A stretch of DNA of 32,374 nucleotides, from assembly GCA_000708835.1 (NCBI GenBank), contig DF237754.1, positions 1 through 32,374 on the forward strand. Reading direction: 5' to 3'. The stretch is from Klebsormidium nitens. Taxonomy: Eukaryota; Plantae; Klebsormidiophyceae. The notes under the pieces were generated by a model. The model was not told the DNA's origin, ran no database searches, and saw only the letters and a program-made list of their open reading frames with translations. A program made the position numbers and the translations under genes. Positions 1 through 12,084 of this stretch are shown here, piece by piece (the stretch's first letter is position 1; every line of letters begins with the position of its first letter).

Positions 1-920
1 CGGACAACGAGGAGACTGCATCAGACAACGAGATGCTGGACGATTGTCCACAGGCGGTTGATACCGCACAGGACCATCGTCTTGCGGACCAAGAAAGAAA
101 GATGGGAGCAAGTACAATGGTGAGCCAGAACCTACTTGAGTGCAGCTCAATTAGCGTCTCTATTCTGATTGCGAACGAAACTGCTGTACATCTAGAGGGA
201 CTCTCATTTACAGATCTCGCTTCATGGACACCTTAGACAGCTCGGACATCACTTTTCGAACCAGTAGCTCGGTTGGAATCTGACGCTAGTACTTCACTAC
301 CAATCACAGTCAGGGACGCTGGAATAAATCTTGTGGCAACCTTTGCCAACCTATCAAGCTCCGGCCATTTCACGCTCAGCCGCAATCTTTATGATAACGC
401 GTGCAATCAATGATTGGTACCACCGGCTAGTAGCCTGGGTATTCTCAAGTCCCCTTTGACCATTCGCTTGTGCTTGTTTGTGTGACAAGTCTCTTAGATT
501 TTCTTCTTTCCTCAGACGTAGTAACGCACTGACCTCGTCACCCTAAGTGCCCCTTCGAAACACGGGTAGAGCCCTTCATTCAAAAACCACCATGTCAAGC
601 CCTTCGAAAGGACCTTTTGCAGCAATTCACTTCTGCAAGGGAGTGAAAGGCCTTGTGACCTTCATGAGAGCTTTGGCTACATCTATTGGAATTTCAATCG
701 ACCTTGTCCAAATAGTCCACTCTATCAAGGAGGCGTGTCGGATCCCAAGAGCATCATTTGCAAGCATGTGACGCTCCAATTTTCAGGCTTCTGCCACTCA
801 ACCCTTTGGAGCAAACATTTGAGCTCTTCGGGTTCTGCTCTTTCACTGTTGGCCTCAACCTGCTGTTGAAATACTTCGACGGACAGTATTGCCGTCCATC
901 TAGAGAAAGTTTCATTCATG

Positions 921-960
921 AACTCGTCCTCATGGACGGCTTGGACGGCTGGGACAGCAC
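921..960 (-). repeat. Solo, inverted copy of the core of the ~135-bp repeat found in intron 4 of primase-helicase 1
   Basis: CATGGACGGCTTGGACGGCTGGGACAGCAC (931-960) resembles the reverse complement of the array core ATGCTGTCCAAGCCGTCTGTGCCGTCCATG. It lies about 130 nt upstream of the gene. Confidence 0.6.
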
Positions 961-2229
961 TTTGAGAGTTGCTCACGTTTAATGTGGCTTCGCCGCTATT
1001 AATCTTGGAGGGATGATGATTTTAAGCATTGGGGTTGGACGTGACCAGGTTGAAGACAATGTAAGCTGATTTGTGATGACGTCTGCGATTGATGCAGGAG
1101 ATCGCGGCTCGCGACTTGGTCGCAAAAGGCTATGTCGTGTTCACGGCAAGCACCCAGTGGGACGCCAAGGCAAAGAGAGGGAAGGGAGGGAAGAAAATGA
1201 TACCCCCACGGGATTGGCCGGCCTCTACCTTAGCCGATTGCCTGACCGACCGCTTCTTCCAGCCCTACAACAATACGCTGCTAATCAACACGGCAGCGTC
1301 CGGAGTCGTCGTGCTCGACTTTGACGTTGGCGACGGGGGCATGGAGCAGCTTGCTCTCTGGGAGACCGAGCACGGCGCGTTTGATGCTCCTCGAGTGCGC
1401 ACAGGCAGTGGGGGAGTGCACATCTACTTCTCTCACCGAAGAAGCCTTGCGTCAGGGTTGGGCGTGGAGACGCCGACCCACTTTGCAAAGCTGGAGCTGA
1501 GGGTCCGAGATCCGACATCTGGAAAGGAGGTTCTAAAGAAGGTGGGAGTCGACATGAGGGGCGTCAGCTCGAACGGCATGATCGCTTGCCCGCCGTCATC
1601 ATATGAGCGACTCGGGGAGACAGCACGGTACACGGTCGACGGCGGAGGCGAGCTTCCCCTGGCAGAAGATCTGCCTCCCCTTCCGAAATGGTTGATCGAG
1701 ATTCTGAACGAGCGAGCGTCCAGGGGTTCCGGGGAGCGCTCGGAAGGGCCATCAGAGGTTCTCAGCGGGGCCGGGCCCAGCGCAAGGGCCAGTGCGGGGT
1801 TTGAGGCGCCGGACTTGACGGATCGCGGGCTGCAGCAGGAAGTGGTCGAGGTGATGCGAGGCATGCTCAGCAGTTTCGGCGACAACTCCTCCGTCTTCTC
1901 GAAGGCAGAGCCGAGCACGGTTGCTGGTCTAGGGGCGGTGATGTACCACTGGCGGAATGATGGGGGAGGGCGGATGTGTCCGTATGCGGAGGAGGGGGCG
2001 TGCAGCCGCACAGCAGCAACAATTTTGGGCTCTTGAGGAGAGGCACGGAGATCACCTACGTGTGCCACAGCCAGCGGTGCAAGACAAGCGACGGCTGCCG
2101 GAACAAGAAGCTCGGGCGTCTCATGTTCCCGGTGGCCGCATCTTTCTCGGATGCTTCTCCGCTGAACAGCGGCCGGGATCGCTTGTACGAGAATCGAGAA
2201 CTACTTCCTCTCCCGTTTCTGCGGCAAAA

Positions 2230-2710
2230 CCTCTCGGTTTCGGCAGGTAGGCCGCGCTTCGAACAATATCTGTCCTAAGGCGCGTTCAATTTACCAAATT
2301 TACCAGTTGTATCCCCGGCATATAACTGGTGAGTTCACAAAACTTGATTTCGTCCGATCGGCTGACGAAGTCAAACTCGAGGGACCATGCCAGCGCGCCA
2401 CTCCAGTGATCTGTGCACGAGGTTTAGAAAGCCTCATTAAAAAACTGCTTGCAAGATGCTCTCGCGATCTGGTTGTAGAACCTCTCGGTTCAGCAGGTAA
2501 GCCGCGCGTTGAGCAGCATCGGTCCTATGGCGCTATCTTTTAACAGAATCTAGAGGTTCGTCCAATTTGGACGAAGCTCCAACTCACAAAACTTGATGTC
2601 GTCCATCTGGTGGACGAAATCATATTTAAACATCAACTTCCAAAACCCAGAGGTTGAACTCGCCTATCTGGTAGGCAAGTTTCAATCTGAGGACCAAGGC
2701 CAGCACGCCC
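2230..2710 (+). repeat. Degenerate ~250-bp tandem duplication covering the exon1/intron1 junction
   Basis: CCTCTCGGTTTCGGCAG|GTAGGCCGCGC (2230) recurs as CCTCTCGGTTCAGCAG|GTAAGCCGCGC (2481). TCACAAAACTTGAT-T/G-TCGTCC occurs at ~2335 and ~2584. Hairpin TTCGTCCAA-T-TTGGACGAA at ~2558-2576. Confidence 0.65.
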
Positions 2711-4819
2711 CAAGTCACCGTTGCAAAATGTTTGCTTACATCATCAACCTCTTGCAAGCCTGTGCTCGTGCGATTGTGCAGACCTGAATCAAGATCCGTT
2801 TCTTGTGTTACTTCTGAGCACATTTCGAAAGATTCGAGATCCAAAGATTATATTTGAAGTAGAAGTATCGAGAAGTGGTTGTGCACGAAGTGCTTCTTAC
2901 GACAAGTGACTAGCCGCTTGTGGGCAAAGACGCAAGGTTGCCACTCGACAGTCGATTGCTTGCCAATGACAAGTCGCTGACGTTTCTTCCAGGTGATGAA
3001 GGAGGGGCGCTGATCATCGACCGCTTGCAGACGTACACGGGCCGCAAGCTCGTCTTCTGTAACGAAAAATGGTTCTACTGGAACGGGTCGATTTGGATGG
3101 TGGACGTGGCTGGGCGAGTTGCGAGCCAGATCTGCCGCGGAGAGCTCAACAAGATAAGCAAGGCGTACAAGAAGGAGAAAGCGTCCGATGCCGAAGGCGA
3201 GGGTTCGCAAGTGGAGGAGGAGAAAAAGCCCAGGAAGGAGAAGCTCGTGAACTTCAACTTCAACGCCAAGATGAGCCAGATCATGACGACTCTCAAAGGG
3301 TATTGCCTGGAGCCTGCGTTCGAGGAGGCGCTCAATACCAACAGAGATGCGCTTCCTCTTCAGAACGGCGTCATCCTGCTGGAGAGCGGGATCCTGGTGG
3401 CACACCATCCGAAGGTGGGCATGTGAGGTTGCGGATGACTGACAGCTGAGCTTCTTTATTAGCAAAGCACTCTTTCGGTCGTTGACAGCAGTTTCATTGT
3501 GCACTGTTGGCCAGCTTTGCAATGTTTTAGATATTTATGTCCCAGCCAGAACTTTGTCGGCGTGCAGATACTGCTCTCTCGAGTACTTGCGCGCTCTCTG
3601 CCAAGGAGCAGAGAGACAATCTTAAGCAAGGCAGCGGCATCTGCCACGGAGTACGATTCGTCCCAACATCCTTGATCTGAGTTGAATCTACCTCATCAAA
3701 TGGTGACTTAGTCTAGGGTGAAACTCTCAACGAGGTTAGGTGGAAGCTGTCATGTTGAAGTAGCTTGCACAGAGCACTAATATCTGCATACCTCTGGGGT
3801 ACCGGTAAACATTGCATGCTGAAGGCTTGAACGGCAGATCCTGCTTTTGTTGTGTGATAGTCATCACCACATCGTCGATGAGCCCCTTCGGTTTATCTGG
3901 TCGATGCGACTGCTTGGCAGAAATGCAGAACCTTGCATCGCAATTGTGTGTTAGTGAACTACTCTCCATCTACTGTCTTGCAGTATCTGTGGTCTTTCAA
4001 GCTTTCCGTGCGGTGGCCATCGACGGGACTTGCCACGCCGCTGGGCAGGACGGGCGAGTTCCTCCGTCAGATCACGCACACTCCGGAGGCGCTTGCGTAT
4101 CTTCAGCGCATTCTTGGATACGGTATCACTGGGCACATTTCCAATCAGGTCATGCTGACGATGATTGGAGAGGGCGGAGCGGGAAAAAGCCTTCTCTTGG
4201 CTCTGCTGAGGCGTCTGATCGGTCCGTTCTACAAGGACGTCTCGAAGGACATGCTCGTGACGTCCAAGGGACAACGGCCGCTGGGCAAAGGTGCTGCAAA
4301 TCCAGCAGAAGCAGGTGAGCACATGCAGACACGAATCATGCTTGAAGTTGACATCAATGAGACGCTCCGAACATGATAGATGCCTTTGATGATAAAGAGT
4401 TCGTATGCGCTTGAAGCATATCACCCAAGGTGACGGTTAATCAACTTGTGCCGTGTTGTCAACAGCGGTTAGAGGTGAAGCTGGTTTCTGTACAAAGCTG
4501 ATTTTGGCAACGAGGTCTCTATCAACTACTAACGGCCGTGCCTCTAGATGAATGAGATTTGTTTGCGTCATAACCAAACGCTGTTCACCCAGGTTTACGA
4601 CACATTCGGATAGCGGCGTGCACGGAGTCGGAAGAGACGGATGAGTTAGCGGAGTCCAACGTGAAGCGATTGACCGGAGAGGCGACTATCACGAGTAGAG
4701 GACTCTACACGGATTACGTCACGTTTGCTACGACTCAGCTGGTAAGTCCCTCGTGCCCGATACTGGCGCAATCATGTCTTCTTTGCGAGAGACTACTATA
4801 GCCATGCTCAAATTGCCTT

Positions 4820-5560
4820 AGCTGTCTGTGACGGGTTGTATTGTCGGACGAAAACGCCTTCCAGGGCTCTTTGCATTCTCACGGCCGAAACTAGTTTCTT
4901 TCAGATGTTTGCAATATGTTGTCCAAGCTGTCTGTGCCGTCCACGAAGAGGGTTTTGTAGATGGAACCTCGTCTTGATGGACAGCGCACCTGTCCAAGTT
5001 CTCGAGGCAAGTTTTTGCAGCCGAAGTCAGTATCTGAAAGCTGACCAACCATGCTGTCCAAGCCGTCTGTGCCGTCCACGAAGAGGGTTTTGTAGATGGA
5101 TACTTACCTTGATGGACTGCACAGCTGTCTAGGGCGTCGATGCAATTCTTCACGACCAAAACTCGAATTCCCAAAGGTCTCCAACGATGCTGTCCAAGCC
5201 GTCTGAGCCGTCCATGAAGGGATTCTTATAGGTAGTACTTCCTCTTGAGGGACAGCACACCTGTCCAGGTTCTCAATGCGAGTCTTCGCGGCCAAAGCTA
5301 GATTCTAAAAGCTTACGAACCATGCTGTCCAAGCCGTCTGTGCCGTCCACGAAGAGGGTTTTGTATATAAAAATTCGTCTTCATGGACAGCACAGTTGTC
5401 TATGGCGACGATGCAAGTCTTCACGGCCAGATCTCGAATTTTCAAAGCTCTCCAACGATGCTGTCCAAGCCGTCTGTGCCGTCCATGAAGAGCGTTTTGT
5501 AGATAGAAGCCTTCTTGAAGGACAGCATTGCCGTCGACATTCACCACCTTCTCAACGACT
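4820..5560 (+). repeat. Tandem array of ~135-bp units inside intron 4 of primase-helicase 1
   Basis: TGTCCAAGC(C/T)GTCTG(T/A)GCCGTCCA(C/T)GAAG starts at 4920, 5055, 5191, 5326 and 5462 (periods 135-136). Most units also hold an inverted ATGGACAGC and a second TGTCCA-like motif. Confidence 0.9.
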
Positions 5561-7177
5561 GCCAGATCATTGAGTGTCACGAACGTGTGTGCTCAAAAAC
5601 GATCTTAATCCATTTTGCAGCATATTCTCTGCTCAAACTACCCTCCCCGAGTGAAGATCTGGACGATTGCGCTCAAGCGACGCCTTCTGACGCTGGTCTT
5701 CCCGATGCGATTCTTCTATCCGGACAAAGAACTGGAAGCCGTTGCATGGAATCCGAGACCTTGAACTGGAAGACGTCTTGAAGGCCGAGCCCGAGAAGCT
5801 TCTGGTGTTCCTGGTGCAAGGCGCCAAGGACTGGTACGCGAGTGGGAAGAGACTCCTCGACATGCCGGAGAGCAGCAAGACGTACATGCAGTCATGGGAG
5901 CAAGATAATGATCCATTCGCAGCTTTCCTTCAGGAGGAAGGCAGGTTGAACGTCAAGGCTTTTGAGTCCACGCGTAGTCTCATGGACGCGTATAACAACC
6001 CAGATAGGATGGTCGACGGCGCGAGATTTGGCGACACTGGCGCACCTCAGATCCTCAATGACCGTAAGTTTGCGGACGCTTGCAAGAAGAAGGGACTGGA
6101 GGGCCCGGATAAGCCCTCCAAGCTGAGGTTTGCTAATCCAGGGCACATAGTCCGGGGTTATCGGGGATTCCAGCTCAACACGCCAACAAAAGAGAGTATC
6201 TTAGAGAAATAGCAAGGACTTTGAAAGATGTCATATTTTTGACATTAACAGCCTCTTCGTCGAGAACAAAATCATTCAAAGCTTCTATTATGATCTCGTT
6301 GTGTTGCACGAAAAAATGATGATATGCGCAGAAGGAAATACGCCACGCATTTATGTCGGATGAAGCGTGCACGTATCATCTCTATCTCTGGCTACAAAGA
6401 GCTCTGGCTACATCTATCGGAATTCTGATCTATGACACTTGTTCAATCCGTTGTCGACGTGCCGACTCAATCGAGCACTTTGATAGCTCGTCATGACTTT
6501 CAATCCGACACCTGACTGACACATTACGGCATCTTCAAGGTCAGAACGCTGCATGAAGCGTTTATCTTCGAACCCCTTGGAGCCAACAAAAAATCTTCTT
6601 TTGTGATTGTCGTTCCTCATCCATCACTTTCAACAACGCCTGTGTAGCATTGTCGAGTTCCTTGTCGAGGTCGATGGATTTGAGATTATTGAAAGCGCAA
6701 AAGTTTGGAAGGCGAATACTGTGTCAATCTATCAAGCTTCATATATCGGGTCAAACACCCGAGGCTGATTCCAAGCAGCCGGTAGGGTCCGCGGCTGCCT
6801 CCAACCTGTTGACCCACCCCCCCCCCGCGAAGCCCCATCAATCCTTTGAGCATTGCTGCTTTTTTTGATACAAAAGCCCTGGTCACCTTGAATGATGCAA
6901 GGTTGTCGTGCATGATGCGTGAAAATGCGTCGCAAGGCGGCGTCTAGGGAACGAGGCTGAGCAGGCTGATTCCGAGAGCCAGCGTGGCAACGTCCGAAAA
7001 GAGACCCGTGGCAGGTTCGTCCGCACGAACCGCGGCGATAATTGAGTCGCTCACTTGTAATGATCTATCACACGGCACTACATTGCGAAAAGTCGATATT
7101 ATCTGATGGGTTGATCAGGTTGATAGGTGCGATTGTCAATTAGGAAGAAAGCCTCCCTACCCGTCCACACAGCGGCA

Positions 7178-8275
7178 ATGAGCAAGGATGCGTCGGCCAT
7201 TTTGGCCCGGAGCAAGGCCGAGCTCTTGGCCGTCAAAGACCGTCTGAAGGAATGGGATCGAAGCGGGCTGAGCCAAGAACCCAAACGCCCTGCACGGTCG
7301 AACGAGATGGTGAGTGATGCGCGGTTCCAGCCGAAGGAGTCCTCAGAGTACTTTTAAGGACGAAAGGGTCCAGATCCGACAACTTTCGACGAGATGGGGA
7401 CGGCGCTCTCTACGCCAGTCCTATCTCATCAATCCGTTCGAGCTCCTAAACTGGAGCAGTAAACTGACCTTGATCGACGATTGGCAATTGCTGGAGAAGG
7501 TGTTCGTCAAGGCATTCGACGATCAGGGTCGGAAGTACCCAATCGACTTCGACCGGGCCTTCGTCTGACTCAAGTATGGGAGGAGAGGAAATGCCCTGCG
7601 GACCAGGAGGACTTCTTCACGAATGACGCAGATTGCACCGTCAACGCGTCAACCTGGCATGGTTCTCAGGAATAATGCGTCGGGTGCATTTGCTAGATAC
7701 AACCCCGATTGATACTTCCTCGCGACCACGGCGTTCAAGCACTTCGCCATGCAAGCCCGGACGGAGGCTGGCGGCGTGGTCGTTCGAAACTTCTTCGTGG
7801 CAATCCGCGACGCATACGTCGAGCTAACCGCAATTTCTACCAGTGGCCGACCTAGCTTGACGAGGGAGGCGGCCCTTTTGATGGCGTACCACGAGAAGAA
7901 CTGCATCTACGTGGGCACAATCCAGGCAAGAGGGCAGGGAGGAAGGCGCATGTGCAAGTTTGGAAGGACCACCGACCTTGCCAGCCGGTGTGCTGCGAAT
8001 CAAGCATCGTTCAAAAATCCATTTGAGCTGCTCCATTTCGCCGAAGTGGAGAATTGCGAGCGTGCCGAGCGCGTATTGAAGACTTGCCGGAGATCCGTCC
8101 GAAACTCCATCGGACCACCATCCACGGGATCGAAAAGAAGGATGAGTTTGTGACTCTTGGTAGCCTCGCTGCCAGGAAGATGGAAGCCAGTCTGAAAAGG
8201 GCGGCACAGAGGTCGGTGTCTGCAGTCTTGCGAATGACCGTTCGTGACAAGAGAAGGTGGGAGAAGATGGTGTAG
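7178..8275 (+). pseudogene. Decayed AntA/MSV199-like DNA-binding + T5orf172 (GIY-YIG-like) gene, with a probable intron at 7310-7418
   Basis: YPIDFDRAFV*LKYGRRGNALR and AFKHFAMQARTEAG..VRNFF resemble viral antirepressor-like N-termini. CIYVG..KFGRTTDLASR..FELLHFAEVENCERAERVLK is T5orf172-like. In-frame TGA at 7566 and 7710, frameshift at ~8090. Phase-0 donor ATG|GTGAGT and acceptor CCAG|TCC match. Confidence 0.7.
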
Positions 8276-9085
8276 CCTTGCATCCATCCGGAGTAGGGAA
8301 AGTTCGAACTTGATCACGAGTGGAGGATGCGTGTGTACGACGATATCATACTCAATTCCCGGGGCCGAGGAAATAGAAGCGGATTTGTTTTTAAACCCGT
8401 GCACATAGGTAATTGTCCAAATATTTGTTACGACATTAGTGATATGTAGCGTGAGCATTCGATTTTCAGTTCAACATTTACAACATGAAAAAAAGTCGCA
8501 GAAATATCGTACAGGGGCGATATGATTTGATTTCCTTGCGGATTGAAATTTCACTTGACCGTGTGCAAACATGAAAGTTAGAGTTCGAGGTTAACTAGAT
8601 TGCTATGGAGCATCAAGAATTCCGTTTTGGAATTGTATACGATTTGTCACATTTATTTCTCGAAATACCGCACTTTATTTCTTACCTTTCCTACTCCTTT
8701 TCATGCATAATATCTGTTGTCACAATCGAATGAAGTGTTTTACATCTCTTGCATATATCACAAATGATCTCACATTTATTTGCAAATGAATAATATCACA
8801 TCCAACATCTGTTACTTCCCATTATATGTGCATTTGTGGATGGAAACTACTATATGTTTACTTACATTACAACTCGTCAATTCTTTCAAAAATTACCCTC
8901 GTATTATACAAGGTTAATTGACCTACCTAACGTGAGTTTGCGGATTGATATAACAAAACTAAAATGAAACAAACGACCTTGCAAAATATGGTATACGCAA
9001 CTATCTAGAGCGAAAAGGCAATACAAAAAGGCAGTTGTCCCGCAAATGACAATATCTTCACCTAACCATCGACTTTTCCATCAGC

Positions 9086-11202
9086 TTAAACCGGCACACA
9101 TGCTGGAGCCGCACCTAGTCCAACACCACATTGAAAGCTTGGCGCACACTTGAACAATAGCGAAGTGCTTGAAGCCTGGCAGTTGCACACACCTCTGCAT
9201 GAAGGGACAGTAAAGATAAGCAAAAAAACACTAATTTCTTTATGACATTTCCAATCACAATTTTCTTGGTAAAGAGATATCGTATGCTTGCAGTATGATT
9301 TCCGCTTCATTGAAGTTCCTACATCTCAAATGAATGAGCATGCAAAAAATGTACAAGAAACAAATGTGACATAATGAAAGCACAATTTTGCAAACGGAAG
9401 AGAACTAACATCTCAGAAGATTGGGTGAAGCAAAACTACTTACTGTGCGGACTTGCTGCAATAGAAGTTCTCTCCATTGCAGTTTGGTGCAGTTTCACCC
9501 TTACTGGGTGGTGGGGCGTTGTTACAGTCAGGACTGTTCACATCTGGGGGGGTTTGAGTGACAATGTTGACCAATTCTCCTCCAGCAATTTGAATGTCGT
9601 CAATCTCGTTGTCGACAAGACCATTTGTTTCATTCACCTGCGATATGCAGAAATCAGTTGTGTCGTTTGTGTCGTCGGTGTCGTTATGTCAACGTATTCA
9701 GCGACAAGTTGAGCATGTACAACAACCAAGAACCTGATACTGAAACTTCCTCGACAATAAATACATCTTTGACGAAGCCGATTCGGAAAAGTCTAAACCA
9801 GGTCTCACCGATGGTCTCACCAATGGGTTCATTCCCCTGCAATATGAGGACTTCAATGAAAAAAAGTATTTCAACAGATCAAATGCCGAGCCTGTACAAC
9901 TAAAAGAATCAAACTGAGACTTCATCTAAAATTCTTGACAATAATTACAGCATAGCAGTCAGTCAAGATAAACAGAAAAGGAAGAACTTTATTCAAATCA
10001 TCCTGATCGTAGGTACAATGCCATGTATATTTCCAGACTGTTAACACACCTTCAACTAAGTTACCAAATGTTGACAACCTGCCTATTGCATCAACTGAAA
10101 AGGGAAGTAGGCCGACTCAGAGTTTTGTTATGATTGCTCAGGGTTGGCCGTATTGCTCAGGGGCAAACAGTCAGAGAATTAAAGACTTTGAAGGATTATA
10201 TGCAAGGTCTGGCATAGGTGTTGGCAGCACCTCAAGAATTATCAGCATCTACCCTATAATATTCATAATAAGTCTACCAGGGATCATTTTAATACCGTCG
10301 ACCATGTAACATTCATAGCGCTCGTAAAGCAAATAACTTACAAGGTTCGATGTGCCATTGCGGAGGTCGCCGTAACCCGCAAGTAAGGCGTTGAGTGTAG
10401 TGTTCACTTGCAGCAGCATTCGGCGGGGTGCTGAACTGTGGGTGACCATCCATGCGTAGACATTTTCAGAAGACTGCAGCAGAGAAAAGTACACCACCAC
10501 ATCTCACCAATCTCTAGCAGCCAGCGTGAGAGTTGATGTCTGCACAGGTTCTTACTAAACGTAATAACCTTCAGGCAAGCACACGTGCTGAAAACAGCAA
10601 GAGAAAAGGAATTATTCATTCAGGATCCATAAACGATCAAAGACTTCTTTCCTGTGCGACATGCAGCATTCGAGTCCTGACTTCTTACTAGCATTGGAGG
10701 AAGGTGACTGAGAAATTGATGTGACCCGAGCTGATGAGAACAGAAGAGTGATTGAAGCAGCTATGAAATGTAAGAGCCATGATCCATCGCAAAGCATCTA
10801 GCTCCCTCAGAAAGGCAGGCTCATAAAAAGATTGAAACATGCCTTTGATAAAGGAACTACAGCTGGCTAGACAACACCAAAACTCATTAAACTACAGAGT
10901 TGTTTGTCTTGATAGTCCTCAGAAACTTGCAAGGCATTAATAATATGCAGTAACACAGCATGGTCCTATCGCGCTTCGAACATCTCCTCACTGGCTGCTT
11001 CTCCAAAAGAGCAGCAACAAGTGAGTCACAACATATCTGCGGTGGTCTGCAAAACGCAGGCATTTATCCGGAACAGCCTGCATCATGAGATTCCAAGCAT
11101 GATTCTCACCGGTTTCTCCAGTGGCACAGCAGCACTGCTAGCAGCCCCCAGGCAGGCTGCAAGGAGGCAGAAGAGAAATATAGGACGGGCGGACAGCACC
11201 AT
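9086..11202 (-). CDS. Probable multi-exon host-type gene for a secreted protein with a Cys-rich C-terminus; middle exons unresolved
   Basis: Exon 11202-11110 encodes signal-peptide-like MVLSARPIFLFCLLAACLGAASSAAVPLEKP and ends at a GTGAGA donor. Exons 9637-9444 and 9194-9086 splice in phase 2 to give ...DCNNAPPPSKGETAPNCNGENFYCSKSAQGVCNCQ...FKCAPSFQCGVGLGAAPACVPV*. A further candidate exon at ~10475-10345 ends in GTAAGT. Confidence 0.35.
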
Positions 11203-12084
11203 CTTGTTCGTGCCAGGTACGAATCTAGACAGCGATGGCAGCTAGCTCAGAGCGGGAGATGGAAAATTGGACAAGATATGTCGATGGTTTACGAGGGTGA
11301 TGCTGAAATATTGTACCAAGTAATGGAAGTTGTCTGCACTAGATGCTCAGCAAAATGCTGCTGATACCGTATCACTACGCAATAAATATTCAGTAGTCTG
11401 TTAGGATTCTCATGTAGATAGTAAAGGCCATACAGGACCCTACATCATACAACCTTTTCATCCTAGATCAGTACTCGGAAGATGTGTTTCTACGAAGACA
11501 GCGAGTCCCGACTCCCGAGATGTAGAGATCTCGCTTGACCCAGTGACCGTTTACTAAAGAGTGTACTTTGTGTGCGTGTCAATGATTGGGGCTTACTTGT
11601 TTGTGGCTGAGACGTATACCACTATCGGGCGTGGCGGTGTGTCACGCGCCCCGAACCGCCATTTGTGCTGATTGATTGCGGCGATACTTAATGCTCGCCC
11701 TCGCTTATATGGGGCGCGATGAGACAGCGTTGATTAGCGGTTGCCTTCGGCGTCCAGCCCCTCGTAAAAAGGCGCCCGATCGCATCCCCGATCCCCAAAA
11801 GGGGGTCGCCTGAAGACAATTTTGTTCCAGGGGGGCCATCGGGCCCCCGATGCCAGGCTTGTGAATGTTAATGGAGTTCATTTGCAAAGCTGCAAGAGCA
11901 CGAAAATCGCCGGTTGGAGATACTCGGAGCATATTTCTAGCTCGGTTATCTCTCTTGCAGTATCACTGCAACCGTCCTACGTTGTCCAGGTTCGGAGGAC
12001 ACGATTATTAGCAACTAGGCACGACGTTTTTACGATAAACAGCAAGCCAAATGAACTTCGGCCAAAAAATTAAACCACTCGTAA

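Larger units (their letters stand above)
1092..6212 (+). pseudogene. Primase-helicase 1: Prim-Pol + Zn-ribbon + D5/P4-family SF3 helicase + C-terminal wHTH-like region. Spliced, with two frameshifts. Exons 1092-2246, 2993-3414, 3984-4314, 4593-4741, 5621-6212.
   Basis: Prim-Pol motifs VVVLDFDVG, VRTGSGGVHIYF, GVDMRG and IACPPS. Zn cluster CPY..HSSNNF..YVCHSQRC. D5-N motifs KWFYWNGSIW and LPLQNGVILL. Walker A GEGGAGKS, Walker B region RIAACTE, KRLTGEATITSRGLY, motif C ILCSNYPP, and KRRL. All four introns are GT-AG with matching phases (1,0,1,0), and the Walker B exon is absent from the ORF track. Frameshifts at ~1986 (-1) and ~5715-5740 (+1). The start codon is uncertain. Confidence 0.85.

Noticed and set aside
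370-780. Minus-strand frame with protein-like text broken by TGA/TAG stops (possible decayed ORF)
   Set aside because: No recognisable motif and too many stops to support a call.
1433-3522. Long antisense ORFs (1433-2068, 2848-3522; also 15677-16213, 16806-17450, 28750-29265)
   Set aside because: They are shadows of GC-rich sense exons that carry the recognisable motifs.
4818-5580. ORFs with repeated SWTAQTAW peptides
   Set aside because: They are by-products of the 135-bp intronic array within a phase-consistent intron.
10500-10545. RWLLEIGE peptide resembling the PIF1/Helitron helicase WLLxIG motif
   Set aside because: No other PIF1 motifs are nearby, and the GE overlaps a likely GTGAGA splice donor.
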